Positions 40,977-51,964 of a DNA stretch of 64,000 nucleotides are shown one piece after another. Position 1 is the stretch's first letter; each line of letters starts with the position of its first letter. The stretch spans positions 64,001 to 128,000 of the forward strand of contig CAVZSQ010000021.1 in the NCBI GenBank assembly GCA_963777955.1, written 5' to 3'. Origin of the DNA: Calditrichia bacterium (GTDB lineage Bacteria; Calditrichota; Calditrichia; JAJRVZ01). The notes under the pieces were generated by a model that saw only the letters and a program-made list of their open reading frames with translations, was not told the DNA's origin and searched no databases. The position numbers and the translations under genes were made by a program.

Positions 40977-42551
40977 ATGGCAGAACAGCAGACCTTCCGC
41001 ACCCGGTTGAAATCCGAATGGATTCTCATTTTAATTCTGGCCCTGACAAAACTGATAATCCATTTGCTTACCAGTACCAATTATGAACTCCACCGTGATG
41101 AATATCTTTATCTGGCCTTCGCCGATCATCTGTCCTGGGGTTACTTTTCCAATGGTCCGGCCATTGGTTTTTTTGCTCTTATCTTGCAGGTTTTTTCAAA
41201 CACCTCCCTCTTCGCCGTCAGGCTTTTGCCGGCCTTGATCGGTGTGGTTACCGTCAGCCTGGTTTGCCTGCTGGTTAAGGAACTGGGGGGCAAAAGGTGG
41301 GCCATCCTGCTGGCCGGAGCCGCGATTATCCTGGCCCCTGCTTACCTGCGGGTAAACTGGCTATTTCAACCTGTATCATTTGATCTGTTATTCTGGTTAC
41401 TGGCTACTTTTTTTATATTTAAACTTTTGCAGACCGAAAATCCACGATACTGGCTGGTTCTGGGCCTGATCTGGGGTTTGGGATTTCTGAATAAATATTC
41501 CATTGCTTTTTTAGCCTGGGGATTTTTTCTGGCTGTTCTTTTTACGCCAAAACGCAGATTGCTTTTATCGAAATATTTTTTCTACCACCTGTTTATCGGT
41601 TTTGTGCTGATTTTACCAAACCTGCTCTGGCAGTACAATCATAACTGGCCGGTAATTTATCATATGCAGAACCTGCAACACACCCAACTGATTAATGTAC
41701 AAATGATTGATTTCCTGCTGGCGCAACCCTTAATGATTTTACCGGCAGCGCCGCTGTGGATCTGCGGGTTTATATACCTGCTGGCTCACCGCGAGACCGG
41801 TTCGTTGCGCGTGCTGGCTTACACCTTTGTGATCGTGATTATCACCCTGATGCTGTTACATGGCAAGCCTTATTATACCCTGGGTGTTTATTTTGTATTA
41901 ATTGCCGCCGGGGCCGTATATATAGAAAAATTAACCGCCGGTAGAAATATTCTGATCAAGCCGGCAATTTTGATTTTTATGCTGCTCATCATCCTGCCCG
42001 GTCTGCCCTTCAGTTTACCTGTTCTTTCGTTTGACAAAATGGTCGAGTATGGCCAGGACTCGAAAAAATTCGGTCTGGGACAATTTTTATACTGGGAAGA
42101 CGGCCGTGCGCATAGTTTACCCCAGGATTACGCCGACATGACCGGTTGGCAGGAATTAGCCGGAATTGTCAGCTCTACTTATCACGAGCTGGATGCAAGC
42201 GAAAAAGCAGAATGCGTTATTTACGGAGAAAATTACGGCCAGGCCGGATCGGTAAAATATTTTGGTAAAAAAACCGGGCTGCCGGAGCCGGTCAGTTTTA
42301 GCGATAATTTTCTTTTCTGGGCCCCTGATACACTGACCGGGCGGATTCTTATTTATATCAATGACGACACCTCCGGTATCTCCCCTTTTTTCGGATCGGT
42401 ACAGCAAATGGGACGAATCACCAACATTTATGCGCGGGAAAGCGGCCTGACGGTTTATCTGTGCCGTTATCCGAGAAACGACTTTAAAGAATTTTACCAG
42501 AATAAAGTCCGGCGCTTGAAGAGTAATTTCCACAGGTCTTTGACCGAATAA
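40977..42551 (+). CDS. Glycosyltransferase family 39 / PMT_2 (GT-C) membrane protein
   Basis: LHRDEYLY..LSWGY, multi-TM, NKY, PNLLWQ, GKPYY; start could be 40929. Confidence 0.82.
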   Translation: MAEQQTFRTRLKSEWILILILALTKLIIHLLTSTNYELHRDEYLYLAFADHLSWGYFSNGPAIGFFALILQVFSNTSLFAVRLLPALIGVVTVSLVCLLVKELGGKRWAILLAGAAIILAPAYLRVNWLFQPVSFDLLFWLLATFFIFKLLQTENPRYWLVLGLIWGLGFLNKYSIAFLAWGFFLAVLFTPKRRLLLSKYFFYHLFIGFVLILPNLLWQYNHNWPVIYHMQNLQHTQLINVQMIDFLLAQPLMILPAAPLWICGFIYLLAHRETGSLRVLAYTFVIVIITLMLLHGKPYYTLGVYFVLIAAGAVYIEKLTAGRNILIKPAILIFMLLIILPGLPFSLPVLSFDKMVEYGQDSKKFGLGQFLYWEDGRAHSLPQDYADMTGWQELAGIVSSTYHELDASEKAECVIYGENYGQAGSVKYFGKKTGLPEPVSFSDNFLFWAPDTLTGRILIYINDDTSGISPFFGSVQQMGRITNIYARESGLTVYLCRYPRNDFKEFYQNKVRRLKSNFHRSLTE

Positions 42552-42581
42552 ACCGGGAATAGTATAGCGGAGGAAAAAATT

Positions 42582-43085
42582 ATGGATACCGACCAGCAAG
42601 GTAAAATAATACTACTGCAGCAATATGCCGATCTGCCCCTCCAGTTAAAAAAAACATTGCATGGTTTATCGGTAAGCGATTACAGCCTGGCCCGCCTGGA
42701 TAATAAATGGACCATCCGTGAAATCGTGCAACATCTGGTCGATACCGACTCCCTGGTTCATATTCTGGTCATGGTGGCTCTGGGAAACTCAGGCAGTGTT
42801 TATGACCAAACGTGGTACAAAGTTGATAATTCCTGGGCGCAGATATTAAAGTATCAGCAGCGTTCTATTGACCTGGCTATCTCGCTGTACAAAGCCAATC
42901 ATCAATCACTGGTCGAGTTGCTTAAAATTCTGCCTGACAGTTTAGAACGGTTTATCGTGTTGCGCCGGGCCAAAGACCCGGCCGGCTCAAAAATTACAGT
43001 CGAACAACTCATTCAGAGCCGTATCCAGCACACCCGGCATCATCTGGCTCAGATTATCGAAACGCGCCGGCAGCATAAAATCTGA
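42582..43085 (+). CDS. DinB/YfiT-family protein
   Basis: WTIREIVQHL and H..HH.AQI metal-binding histidines. Confidence 0.8.
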   Translation: MDTDQQGKIILLQQYADLPLQLKKTLHGLSVSDYSLARLDNKWTIREIVQHLVDTDSLVHILVMVALGNSGSVYDQTWYKVDNSWAQILKYQQRSIDLAISLYKANHQSLVELLKILPDSLERFIVLRRAKDPAGSKITVEQLIQSRIQHTRHHLAQIIETRRQHKI

Positions 43086-43102
43086 TCAATACCCGTTGCT
43101 GT

Positions 43103-43835
43103 TCAGTTCTTTCCGCTCATTACATTCTGGAGCGCTGTCAATTCTCCGGTGCTTAAAAAACGGAATTTTCCCCTGGCCAGCTTCCCCAAACGAAGTGGTC
43201 CGATAGCTGATTCGTACCAGGCGTAAAACAGGAATATTCAACTTTTCCAGGATACGGCGAATCTGCCGGTTTTTCCCTTCATCCAAAACGATTTCCAGCC
43301 AGCCGGTACTTTTGCCGGAGCGGATGATGTGCACCCGTTTGACACCCAATATCCCTGCTGAGACGGTCTCGATGCCCCGGGACATTTTTTGCAGTAAGCG
43401 GGTATCTGGTATCCCCTTAATCTGTACATGATACACTTTATCAAGATGTGAAGCAGGAGCGGTGATACGGTTGGCCCAGTCTGTATCGTTGGTGAACAAC
43501 AACAATCCTTCGCTGGCTTTATCCAGGCGCCCGACGGGTATCAATCTGGGCAAACGGATTTGCTCCAGACATTTATAGACCGTCTCCCGATTTTTCTCAT
43601 CATGAGTGGTGGTGATGAGTCCCCGGGGTTTATTCAGTACCAGATAGCAACTGGCTTCTTTATTGACTGGTTTATCATCTACCTCGAGACGATCAAAATC
43701 AATCGAAATCCTGCGGGCATGATTGCGCACGACCTGCCCGTTAATTTTTACCTTACCGGCATTGATCAGTTGCAGCGCCTGAGCACGGGAACAATAACCC
43801 AGTTTAGATAAGGCACGCGCTAAAGATACCCCCAT
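43103..43835 (-). CDS. rRNA pseudouridine synthase, RsuA/RluB family; apparent +1 insertion ~43208
   Basis: S4 domain, NKPRG, GRLD, EGKNRQIRR; C-terminal AIGPLRLGKLARG in shifted frame. Confidence 0.88.
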
Positions 43836-43853
43836 GGGCGGGAAAAAATATTT

Positions 43854-44642
43854 TTAATCTTCCGACATCATTGCTTTCTTTTTGTAACCGGCAGGTATTT
43901 TAAATAAATTGGCCGGGGCGGCACCATCTTTAAATTCAAGCAGTTCGGTGCTTGAAGAGATGGTTTGACCCATCATCTGATGCTTGGCCACGGAGAAAAC
44001 CTGCACGCCCTTGATTTTTTCTACTTCCTTCATCATTTTTTCCGATCCGCTTTGCATACCCGGCATCGCGGACATAAATGCGGTTGTCAATCTGGCATAC
44101 ATGGCTTTATCAATCTTCAGATCTTCGGTAGCCCAGATCTCGTTGCTCATTGGTCCCATAAAGGTATTCATAGTCATATTATATTTCCTGCAATTCCAGT
44201 TGTTGATTTTTTTTGTCTCGGTCGTGGGTTCTACCGTGATTTCCATTTTCATCATGCCTTGCATCATCCCCTGCATCATTGCCTGGTTTGCCTGGCCCAT
44301 TTGTTCGGATTCTTCATCGTCCTTACCCGCCTCTTTTGCCGCCTGGCTCGTAATATCACCCATGTTCATGGGCATCTCGCTATAAGTTTTCTTTTCATGA
44401 TCGATCATAATTATTTTCTTTTCATCAACCAGCATTATCATTGAACCTTTGGGACTATCCGAACGAATCCCTTTACTGGTAATCCATATCTCGGTGATTT
44501 CATCCGTGGCCGGTTGCTCCTGCCCCATCATCTTCATCCCGTCGGTGTGTTTCTTTTCCTTCATGTAGGTATCGGCCTGCAGCAGATTCACCAGAAATAA
44601 TGCCACTAATAAAATACCTGTTATACTTACGATCCGTTTCAT
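43854..44642 (-). CDS. Secreted Met-rich DUF4412-like protein
   Basis: Signal peptide, TKKINNWNCRKY, EIWATED, FKIPAGYK. Confidence 0.7.
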   Translation of the reverse strand: MKRIVSITGILLVALFLVNLLQADTYMKEKKHTDGMKMMGQEQPATDEITEIWITSKGIRSDSPKGSMIMLVDEKKIIMIDHEKKTYSEMPMNMGDITSQAAKEAGKDDEESEQMGQANQAMMQGMMQGMMKMEITVEPTTETKKINNWNCRKYNMTMNTFMGPMSNEIWATEDLKIDKAMYARLTTAFMSAMPGMQSGSEKMMKEVEKIKGVQVFSVAKHQMMGQTISSSTELLEFKDGAAPANLFKIPAGYKKKAMMSED

Positions 44643-44773
44643 TGCGTAATCTCCTTTTTTAATTATAGAATTAAATTAATTCTCTGTTAACAGTTATTCA
44701 AGAAATATAAAATTTGTTCTGTAATTATCCGGTCTTATTAAAAAAATAACCTTAGCAGTTACTACTGCTAAAG

Positions 44774-45317
44774 TCATTTAAAAATTATTTTAGCAGAAGT
44801 ATCCTCACTGTATATTATTTTATGGCCGGGTATCCATCTGCCATTTTGCAGAAATTCGACTTCCGTATGCATCTTACCGTCAGTTGACATGTACGTGCTG
44901 GAACGTACCTCGCTGATACCATTTTGATTACCGGTTACATATTCGTGACTGATGATTTTATTGCCTGCAACTTTCATTATACCGTTGGTATAAAATCCGG
45001 CTGTGGTAAAGTAATAATAAACTACTGTTTGTTTTAATTTATCCCAGTAGATTATAGTCTCGCCACCATACTCGCCATCGTTGACCGAATGCAAAATCCT
45101 GACAGCCTGTCCGTTCAATGTCCTCTCCCAGGTTGAGACATCGTACATTGGTTTTGTCGGCTGTAGTATCGACGAATATACCTTTCCAGGTTTTATTCAT
45201 ATATGGTGCTAAGAATTGCAAATGTTCGTTCAGCGGTTCCTGAGCGGAAACAGATAAAGAAAAAATCAGCAGAAAGAAAAATATTTTTACAGCATACTTT
45301 TGCAGAAGTGTATTCAC
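44774..45317 (-). CDS. Secreted hypothetical protein; apparent +1 insertion in an A-run ~45153
   Basis: Signal peptide and TWKG..DK joined to PMYDVSTWERTLNGQAVRILHSVNDGEYGGET across frames. Confidence 0.65.
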
Positions 45318-45460
45318 GAATAATTTCTCCTTTTTAATTTTGCTCTGATGCTTTATCTATTATAACGCTGAATTCCCCGACTTATATTTCCCAACCTGGT
45401 TTACAGCAGTACACCGAAACCCGCTTAAGTTCCACTATAGATTTTTACCGGTTACGGTCA

Positions 45461-46820
45461 TCATATCTCCATGACAGGCAATGGTCTTTTGGTTTTCCAC
45501 ATCCCGCGGGTGAAATCAGGAAATTTTACTGGCGCACTACCCTTGGCGATGGAATGTCCGCTCAATTCGACCACCGCACTGAGCACTGCCGCGTCATATA
45601 CATCAGTGTCCGGTTCAACACCTTTCAACAACGCCTGGACCAGGCGGTAATCTTCCAGATAATCCATTCCACCGTGACCTGCAGCCTCTTTGGTTTTATC
45701 CTCGGTTTGTATCCAGAGAGGATGATTAAATTCCTGCAAATAACCATCAATCTCTTCCCAGGTATGCGGTTCACTTCTTCCCTCAATATATATTTTCGGA
45801 TCCGGATATTTACGTATAATTCCTTTCGTCCCCTGAACCAGGATATCCCGGCTATAAGGCCGGGGTGAATTGGTATCATGTTTCAGAATGACCGTTTCTC
45901 CGTTTACCGTATGAAGCAAAGTGGTCACCACATCACTCAATATAAATTTCTCCTGGGCTTGCGGACTGTTTTCGCCAAACCTGTTTGCGGCATATTGATG
46001 AAGTCCTCTGGTTTTCGAACCAACAGAAACCAGATAATCAAAATAATTACCACGATTGATATCCAGACACTGGGCAATTGGTCCCAGACCATGAGTAGGA
46101 TAAAGATCCCCGTTACGTTTCATGGAGTGAGCCCGGCGCCAAAGACCTTCACCTTCCAGATTATATTTCACTGCTCTTAAGTCATGCAAATATCCACATT
46201 CGGTATGAATTAGTTCACCTAAAACCCCTTTCTTAACCATGTTCAGAATCATCATTTCGAGCTGATCGTAATTGCAATTCTCCATCATCAGACAATATTT
46301 GCCGGTCTGTTCAGATGTTTTAACCAGTTCCCAACAATCATTGAGAGTATAAGCGGCTGGGACTTCAGTAACAGCATGTTTACCATTCTGCATGGCATCC
46401 AGGCACATGGGTACATGCCATTCCCAGGGAGTGGCGATATAGACCAGATCCAGATCCTCCCTGGTACATAAATTTTTATAATCCAATTCTCCCTTGCTAT
46501 ATCCTGCCGGTCTGGCCTGCCCGGCTTTGATCACCATCTCCTGAATTCGTTGTACTTTTTTCTCCACGATATCACATACAGCACGTATCTCCGCACCTTC
46601 AATATTCAGTAAGTTAGAAACATGGGCAGAACCCATCCCCCCTACACCAATAAAACCAATTCGTACTACCGGTAGCGGTGCTGCTATCGGAGATGGAAGG
46701 GCTGGACTTTTTAACATCTGCCTTGAACAGGCATCTACAACCATACTGCCCAGAGCTTAAACCTGCACTAGCAGAAATAGTTTTTTTCATGAAATCCCGA
46801 CGATTATACTTATCTGCCAT
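45461..46820 (-). CDS. Gfo/Idh/MocA-fold NAD-dependent glycosidase, GH109 (alpha-N-acetylgalactosaminidase-like), Tat-exported; apparent +1 insertion ~46758
   Basis: Tat motif NRRDFMK, GVGGMG, ATPWEWH, EVP, ENCNY, YPTHG, GHGGMD. Confidence 0.85.
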
Positions 46821-46944
46821 TTTTTGTACCCTCCTTTTTTTACAAATAACTATAAAGCAAAGCAACTGACAAATTGTTTCTGTAACTGTTTAAACAGCTC
46901 GCCTGTTCAATAGAGGCAACCCCGTATTTTGTACCAGAATAAAC

Positions 46945-47406
46945 TTATGGTACGATATCTGTTTTTGTTTCTTTTATTTCCAATTTTAAGGCCACCAGTG
47001 ACTGGTTGATATCCAGGATAAAGGCGATCAGGGAGATGATTAAGGCCAGCATGCATAAACTGAACAAGGCAAAGATCAACCAGGCTACTTCCAGGCGCAG
47101 CAGGGCAGTCAGGAAGATTATGATAATCAGGATGGCTGTGCATAAAACACTGACCGAAGCCAGGTGAATGGACAAACGCATCAAGCGGGCACGTTTCATC
47201 AGGATCTTGACCTGTGCCGACAATAATTCCGGGCTGATCATAGACTTGGCGCGTAGTTCCCGGGCTAAGATGCGGGAACGGTCAATGATACGCCCGAACC
47301 GGTTGGTCATGGTCAGTAACAAAAGTCCTATTCCCGAGATCAGGATCACCGGACCGATGGCTATCTGCAACAAAGGTATTATTTCCTGCATATTGATTTT
47401 ATTCAT
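46945..47406 (-). CDS. DUF2721 family membrane protein
   Basis: AIGPVILISGIGLLLLTMTNRFGRIIDR motif, 3 TM. Confidence 0.8.
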   Translation of the reverse strand: MNKINMQEIIPLLQIAIGPVILISGIGLLLLTMTNRFGRIIDRSRILARELRAKSMISPELLSAQVKILMKRARLMRLSIHLASVSVLCTAILIIIIFLTALLRLEVAWLIFALFSLCMLALIISLIAFILDINQSLVALKLEIKETKTDIVP

Positions 47407-48190
47407 GTGTTTTTCCTTTCCTTCTGGTAAATAAGAGCCCTGACCAGGTTTTATCCACTGCACAAATTTTATAATCGACCAGACCCGAGGCCAGGCCAGT
47501 TTGCCGCACAATTTGTTGAGTCAAATCGGTTTTTATTTTTCCGGTTTTTTTCGGCCAGATGATCCACATTGAGCGATAATCATGGCGTCCGGCCAATTTT
47601 GTTATTTTATTCCGCAACTCCAGACTCGACTTTACGAACCATAAGAGTAAATTGCAGGGTGCCAATCCTGTTTTACTGACGGTTACCTCTTCCGGCAATA
47701 CTCCCAGTTTCTGTATAAAACCGGGCGGCGCCTGGATCAATCCAATTTTCATTTTACCTTTAATGCCCAGTTTCTGTTCCAGCGGTCTTCCGGCATAGCC
47801 GGCAAAAACTGATTCGGGTATATGTGGATTTTCAGGAATACTTTTCAAGCTCCTGCGGATAGACAGGTTTATTGAATCCCAACTGGTGAACAGGGCATCT
47901 GGCAATAGTTTTTTGATCGGTTCGGTTTTCTGCGAATCACCGGCAACAAATATGATAGGGATGTATCTGGTCGATTTATTTTTGCGTAACAGAATTCCCA
48001 GATCACGGCCCTGAGACGGGAGCCGGGATAAATCAATAATAAATACAGCAACCGGATCATTCACTATCCGGCGTATAGCGTCGGCGCCACCAGGCAACCT
48101 GTATGCAACATCAAATTCTTCTTCGTCAATCAGTTTGGCCCGCTGTGCTGCTTCCGCAGTATTCCAGTGGATCAGTCTGATTCTTTTCAT
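47399..48190 (-). CDS. Receiver-like domain fused to a DUF3052-like domain
   Basis: N-terminal CheY-like fold (IIDLSRLPSQG..LRK..TRYIPIIFV); C-terminal GY.GRPL..KLGIK, WIIWPKK, GLVDYKICAVD.TWSG. Confidence 0.65.
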   Translation of the reverse strand: MKRIRLIHWNTAEAAQRAKLIDEEEFDVAYRLPGGADAIRRIVNDPVAVFIIDLSRLPSQGRDLGILLRKNKSTRYIPIIFVAGDSQKTEPIKKLLPDALFTSWDSINLSIRRSLKSIPENPHIPESVFAGYAGRPLEQKLGIKGKMKIGLIQAPPGFIQKLGVLPEEVTVSKTGLAPCNLLLWFVKSSLELRNKITKLAGRHDYRSMWIIWPKKTGKIKTDLTQQIVRQTGLASGLVDYKICAVDKTWSGLLFTRRKGKTHE

Positions 48191-48231
48191 AACATTATTT
48201 CGTTTATCCCGGTCAGGCAAAGTAAAAAATA

Positions 48232-48522
48232 TTAACTTTCACCTTCGACCAATACAATATTGGCGCTGGCCGCCTGCCGGCGGTGTTTAGCCAGTTTTTG
48301 ATATGCCGCGGAACGAAACCATCGTAATGCTTCCTGTTTATCGGGAAACTGTATTACGACGGTCCGGCGATAAGGCCAGTCCCCTTCCAGAGTTGTGCTG
48401 TGATCATCGACAGCCAGAACTTCGCCGCGAAAACGATCAAAAACCTGATCGAATCCGGCCAGGTATTTATCATAGCCGGCCTGATCATGAATATTTATCT
48501 GGGCAATGAAAAAACATTTCAT
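48232..48522 (-). CDS. DUF1330 family protein
   Basis: LEGDW...VVIQFP...A..WF.S..YQ...R. Confidence 0.85.
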   Translation of the reverse strand: MKCFFIAQINIHDQAGYDKYLAGFDQVFDRFRGEVLAVDDHSTTLEGDWPYRRTVVIQFPDKQEALRWFRSAAYQKLAKHRRQAASANIVLVEGES

Positions 48523-48584
48523 CGCAGCGGCTCCTCATCTGATTATTATGCTGACATTATTTTAAATCCTGGTTCTAATTATAA

Positions 48585-49238
48585 TCATCCTTTACACAAT
48601 GCTAAAACACTCGTAAATAAATCCGGTTGCGGAGATTCAATGTTTTTTGCCTCGCCCGACATGCTCTTAAATTCAATCTTATGGGCATGCAGCATCAGGC
48701 GCGGAAATCCTTTTTGTACATTTTTTTCTCCGTACCTGAGATCGCCGACGACAGGATGGCCCAGATTATATAAATGCACCCGGATCTGATGTCGCCGGCC
48801 GGTGTGGGGATAAACATTCAACAATGTATAGTTTTTATATCTTTCCTGAACCTGATAGGAAGTTAAACACTCTTTTCCTGTTTGCCAGTCTACCGCCATA
48901 CGCCCCGAACCGTACTGGCGCAGGGGCATGTTTATCCCGCCGCTTTCTCTGGCCAGCAGGCCGTGCACCAGCGAGATGTATGTTTTTTTTACCAGTCGTT
49001 GATTGAATTGTTCATTGAGCGAACGATGGGCCGCAGGATTTTTGGCAAAGAGTATAACACCGCTTACCTCTTTATCCAGGCGATGGACTACATATATTTT
49101 ATACGGATACAGTTTGGTTAAATCGCTCAGCAAAGATTGCTGCTCAATGCGGCGCTCTGGAATAGCGGCCAATCCTGCCGGTTTGTCAACCGCCAGGATA
49201 TCATCATCTTCGTATAAAATAAGATCACGTGCAGGCAA
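48585..49238 (-). CDS. RluA-family RNA pseudouridine synthase
   Basis: DKPAG, HRLD, TGRRHQIRVH, GD.RYG, LHA; start codon uncertain (TTG 49238). Confidence 0.88.
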   Translation of the reverse strand: MPARDLILYEDDDILAVDKPAGLAAIPERRIEQQSLLSDLTKLYPYKIYVVHRLDKEVSGVILFAKNPAAHRSLNEQFNQRLVKKTYISLVHGLLARESGGINMPLRQYGSGRMAVDWQTGKECLTSYQVQERYKNYTLLNVYPHTGRRHQIRVHLYNLGHPVVGDLRYGEKNVQKGFPRLMLHAHKIEFKSMSGEAKNIESPQPDLFTSVLALCKG

Positions 49239-49245
49239 GTTACCA

Positions 49246-50796
49246 TCATTTTCTGGAACTACCCAATATCCCACCGAGTACTCCACGTAAAATTTGACGG
49301 CCTAATGTGCTGCCCACAGTCCGTGCTGCACTTTTAGCCAGTGACCCGAAAATATCTGCGGTTTGTCTTGCTTTACGCTGCTCTTCCCGGGCGCGCCAGC
49401 GTGCCTCCTGCTCAGCCCTTTTTTGCTGCATCGCGTCTAATTTAGCCTGTTCCTTCATCCGGGCGGCAGCCTCTTTTTCATCTTCCTGCTGCAGTTTTTC
49501 CTGCTGCACTTGTTTGGTCAGCATTTCATAGGCTGATTCACGGTCTTCATGTTTTTCATAAAAACCATAGAGCACCGATCCTTTGATCAGTGTTTGCCGT
49601 TGGTCAGGGTTGACGGGTCCAATCTGGCTGAAAGGGGGTACAATCAAAACCCGCTCCACCATTCCGGGAATACCTTTTTCATCCAGAAAGGAGGTCAAGG
49701 CCTCGCCGACACCCAGTTGACTTATCACCGCTTCGGTGCTGAATTTCGGATTTTGACGAAAAGTGTCCGCGGCGGTCTTTACCGCTTTTTGATCCAGGGG
49801 TGTAAAGGCGCGCAGCGCGTGCTGTACCCGGTTGCCCAATTGACCCAGAATTTTCAAAGGAATATCTATCGGATTTTGCGTACAGAAATATACACCCACT
49901 CCTTTAGAACGGATCAGGCGTACCACCTGTTCGACCTTTTCCAGCAAGGCTTCGGGCGCTTCGTCAAAAAGCAGATGAGCCTCATCGAAGAAAAACAGCA
50001 ATTTGGGTTTTTCCAGGTCGCCGACTTCAGGCAATTGCTCATACAATTCAGAGAGCAACCACAATAGAAACGTGGCATAGAGTTTAGGTGAGGTCATCAG
50101 GTTATCAGCAGCCAGTATGTTGATCATGCCCTGGCCATTACTATCAGTCTGGATCAGATCCATCAAATCCAGGGCCGGTTCGCCAAAAAATTTATCACCC
50201 CCCTGTTGTTCCAGGGTCAGTAGACCGCGCTGGATAGTGCCCACGCTGGCCGCCGATATATTACCGTACTGCGTGGTAAATTGTTTGGCATTATCCCCCA
50301 CGTACTGTAGCAGGGAACGCAGGTCTTTGAGGTCGATCAGCAGTAATCCGTTATCATCGGCAATTTTGAAAGCGATCATCAATACACCGGCCTGGACATC
50401 ATTCAGGTTCAGCATGCGCGACAGCAGCAAGGGTCCCATTTCGGATATGGTGGCACGCAGCGGATGGCCCTGCTCGGCAAAAACATCCCAGAAAGTTGCC
50501 GGGCAGGAATTAAAAGTATAACCTGATATACCCAGTGTTTTCAAACGATCAATAATTTTAGGATTTTGTTCAGAACCGCGCTGGCTGATTCCGGATAAAT
50601 CACCTTTAATATCGGCCATGAATACCGGAACGCCGATTTTACTGAAACTTTCGGCAATCTTCTGCAAGGTGACGGTTTTTCCGGTTCCGGTGGCTCCGGT
50701 TATTAAGCCATGACGGTTGGCCATATGCGGAAGGATCAATTGTTCGATGCCTTTCTGCGCCGGAGGTGTTTTACCAATTAAAATAGGATTTAACAT
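49246..50796 (-). CDS. HerA-like ATPase, DUF853/YjgR family
   Basis: [46 protein letters not shown]. Confidence 0.9.
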   Translation of the reverse strand: MLNPILIGKTPPAQKGIEQLILPHMANRHGLITGATGTGKTVTLQKIAESFSKIGVPVFMADIKGDLSGISQRGSEQNPKIIDRLKTLGISGYTFNSCPATFWDVFAEQGHPLRATISEMGPLLLSRMLNLNDVQAGVLMIAFKIADDNGLLLIDLKDLRSLLQYVGDNAKQFTTQYGNISAASVGTIQRGLLTLEQQGGDKFFGEPALDLMDLIQTDSNGQGMINILAADNLMTSPKLYATFLLWLLSELYEQLPEVGDLEKPKLLFFFDEAHLLFDEAPEALLEKVEQVVRLIRSKGVGVYFCTQNPIDIPLKILGQLGNRVQHALRAFTPLDQKAVKTAADTFRQNPKFSTEAVISQLGVGEALTSFLDEKGIPGMVERVLIVPPFSQIGPVNPDQRQTLIKGSVLYGFYEKHEDRESAYEMLTKQVQQEKLQQEDEKEAAARMKEQAKLDAMQQKRAEQEARWRAREEQRKARQTADIFGSLAKSAARTVGSTLGRQILRGVLGGILGSSRK

Positions 50797-50872
50797 ATGG
50801 TTTTACATCCTTTACTGATTAATCTGCCTTTCGGATAGTATTCAATCATACGTTCAGACAGAACAGGCTTAA

Positions 50873-51806
50873 TCAAATTAATATTTTTTCTACCATTTTC
50901 TTGTATTTCCAAAACAACATGAAACTTACTACGGAAATCATGGCCATACCCAGGATGATCCAGAAAGCAAAGGGATGTCCCTGCAATGGGAATTTTCACA
51001 TTCATGGAAAAGGCGCTGACCACGAGAGTCGGTACCATGATCGCGATCGTGATTATATTCAGGGTCTTCATTAAAATGTTCAGATTATTGCTGACAATTG
51101 ATACGCGGGCATCCATCATGCTGGCCAGAATATTGGAATAAATTTCCGCCTGACGATAACACTGGTTATTCTCGATAATGATATCTTCCAGGTATTCAAT
51201 GTGCTCCTGGGTGAATCCAACCTTATTGACATTAAGTTTCAGTTTCTCCAGCAGGATTGTATTGAAATTGATGCTGTTCAGATAATAAACCAAACTTTTT
51301 TCCAGCGTAAACAGATTTAACAGATAGCGGTTTTCCATCGAGGTATTGATCTTGCTTTCCAGGGATTCGGATACCATGTTAATGATCTTAAGGTGTTCAT
51401 TAAAATGATTAATGACTGTATAGATCAGGCGCAAACAGACATCCATATGCGAAGAGAGTTTACTAAAATGTTTACCGACAAACAGCTGGATATCTTCGGA
51501 CAGCACTATGATCAATCGCTCTTTAAACAGATACAGACCCATTGAACCGACGCGAAACATGAATTGATCTTTTGCCGAGTAATTCTTCGGAATTTTCAGG
51601 ATCATGGCGATATGTTCAGGTTCAAATTCCAGACGCGATTGCTCATCCGGATCGGTGGCCGAATCCAGGGTATGTTCGTCTAATTTCAGCTCGTCAATTA
51701 AAAATCTCTTCTCATTATCCGTGAGTTTGATATAAACTTCTACCGGACCTGCATTATCAGCAGATTCTGCTATGCGTCCGTTGGAAATCTGATATTTTTT
51801 CAACAT
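50873..51806 (-). CDS. corA: CorA-family divalent cation transporter; apparent +1 insertion ~50987
   Basis: NNLNILMKTL..PT....FSMNV; second TM (FAFWIILGMAMISVVSFMLFWK) in shifted frame. Confidence 0.85.
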
Positions 51807-51964
51807 AACTCTCTCCAATCAGAGTCGTTGCCTGGTAACATCTATTAGAATTACTATAATATAATCAGAAATTAATTACCGGTACATTGCGAAAAATATT
51901 TTTAATGAGCATCCGGAATCGGAAGTATTTTTGAAAAATATAAATATGGTCTGTTGTAAAAATT

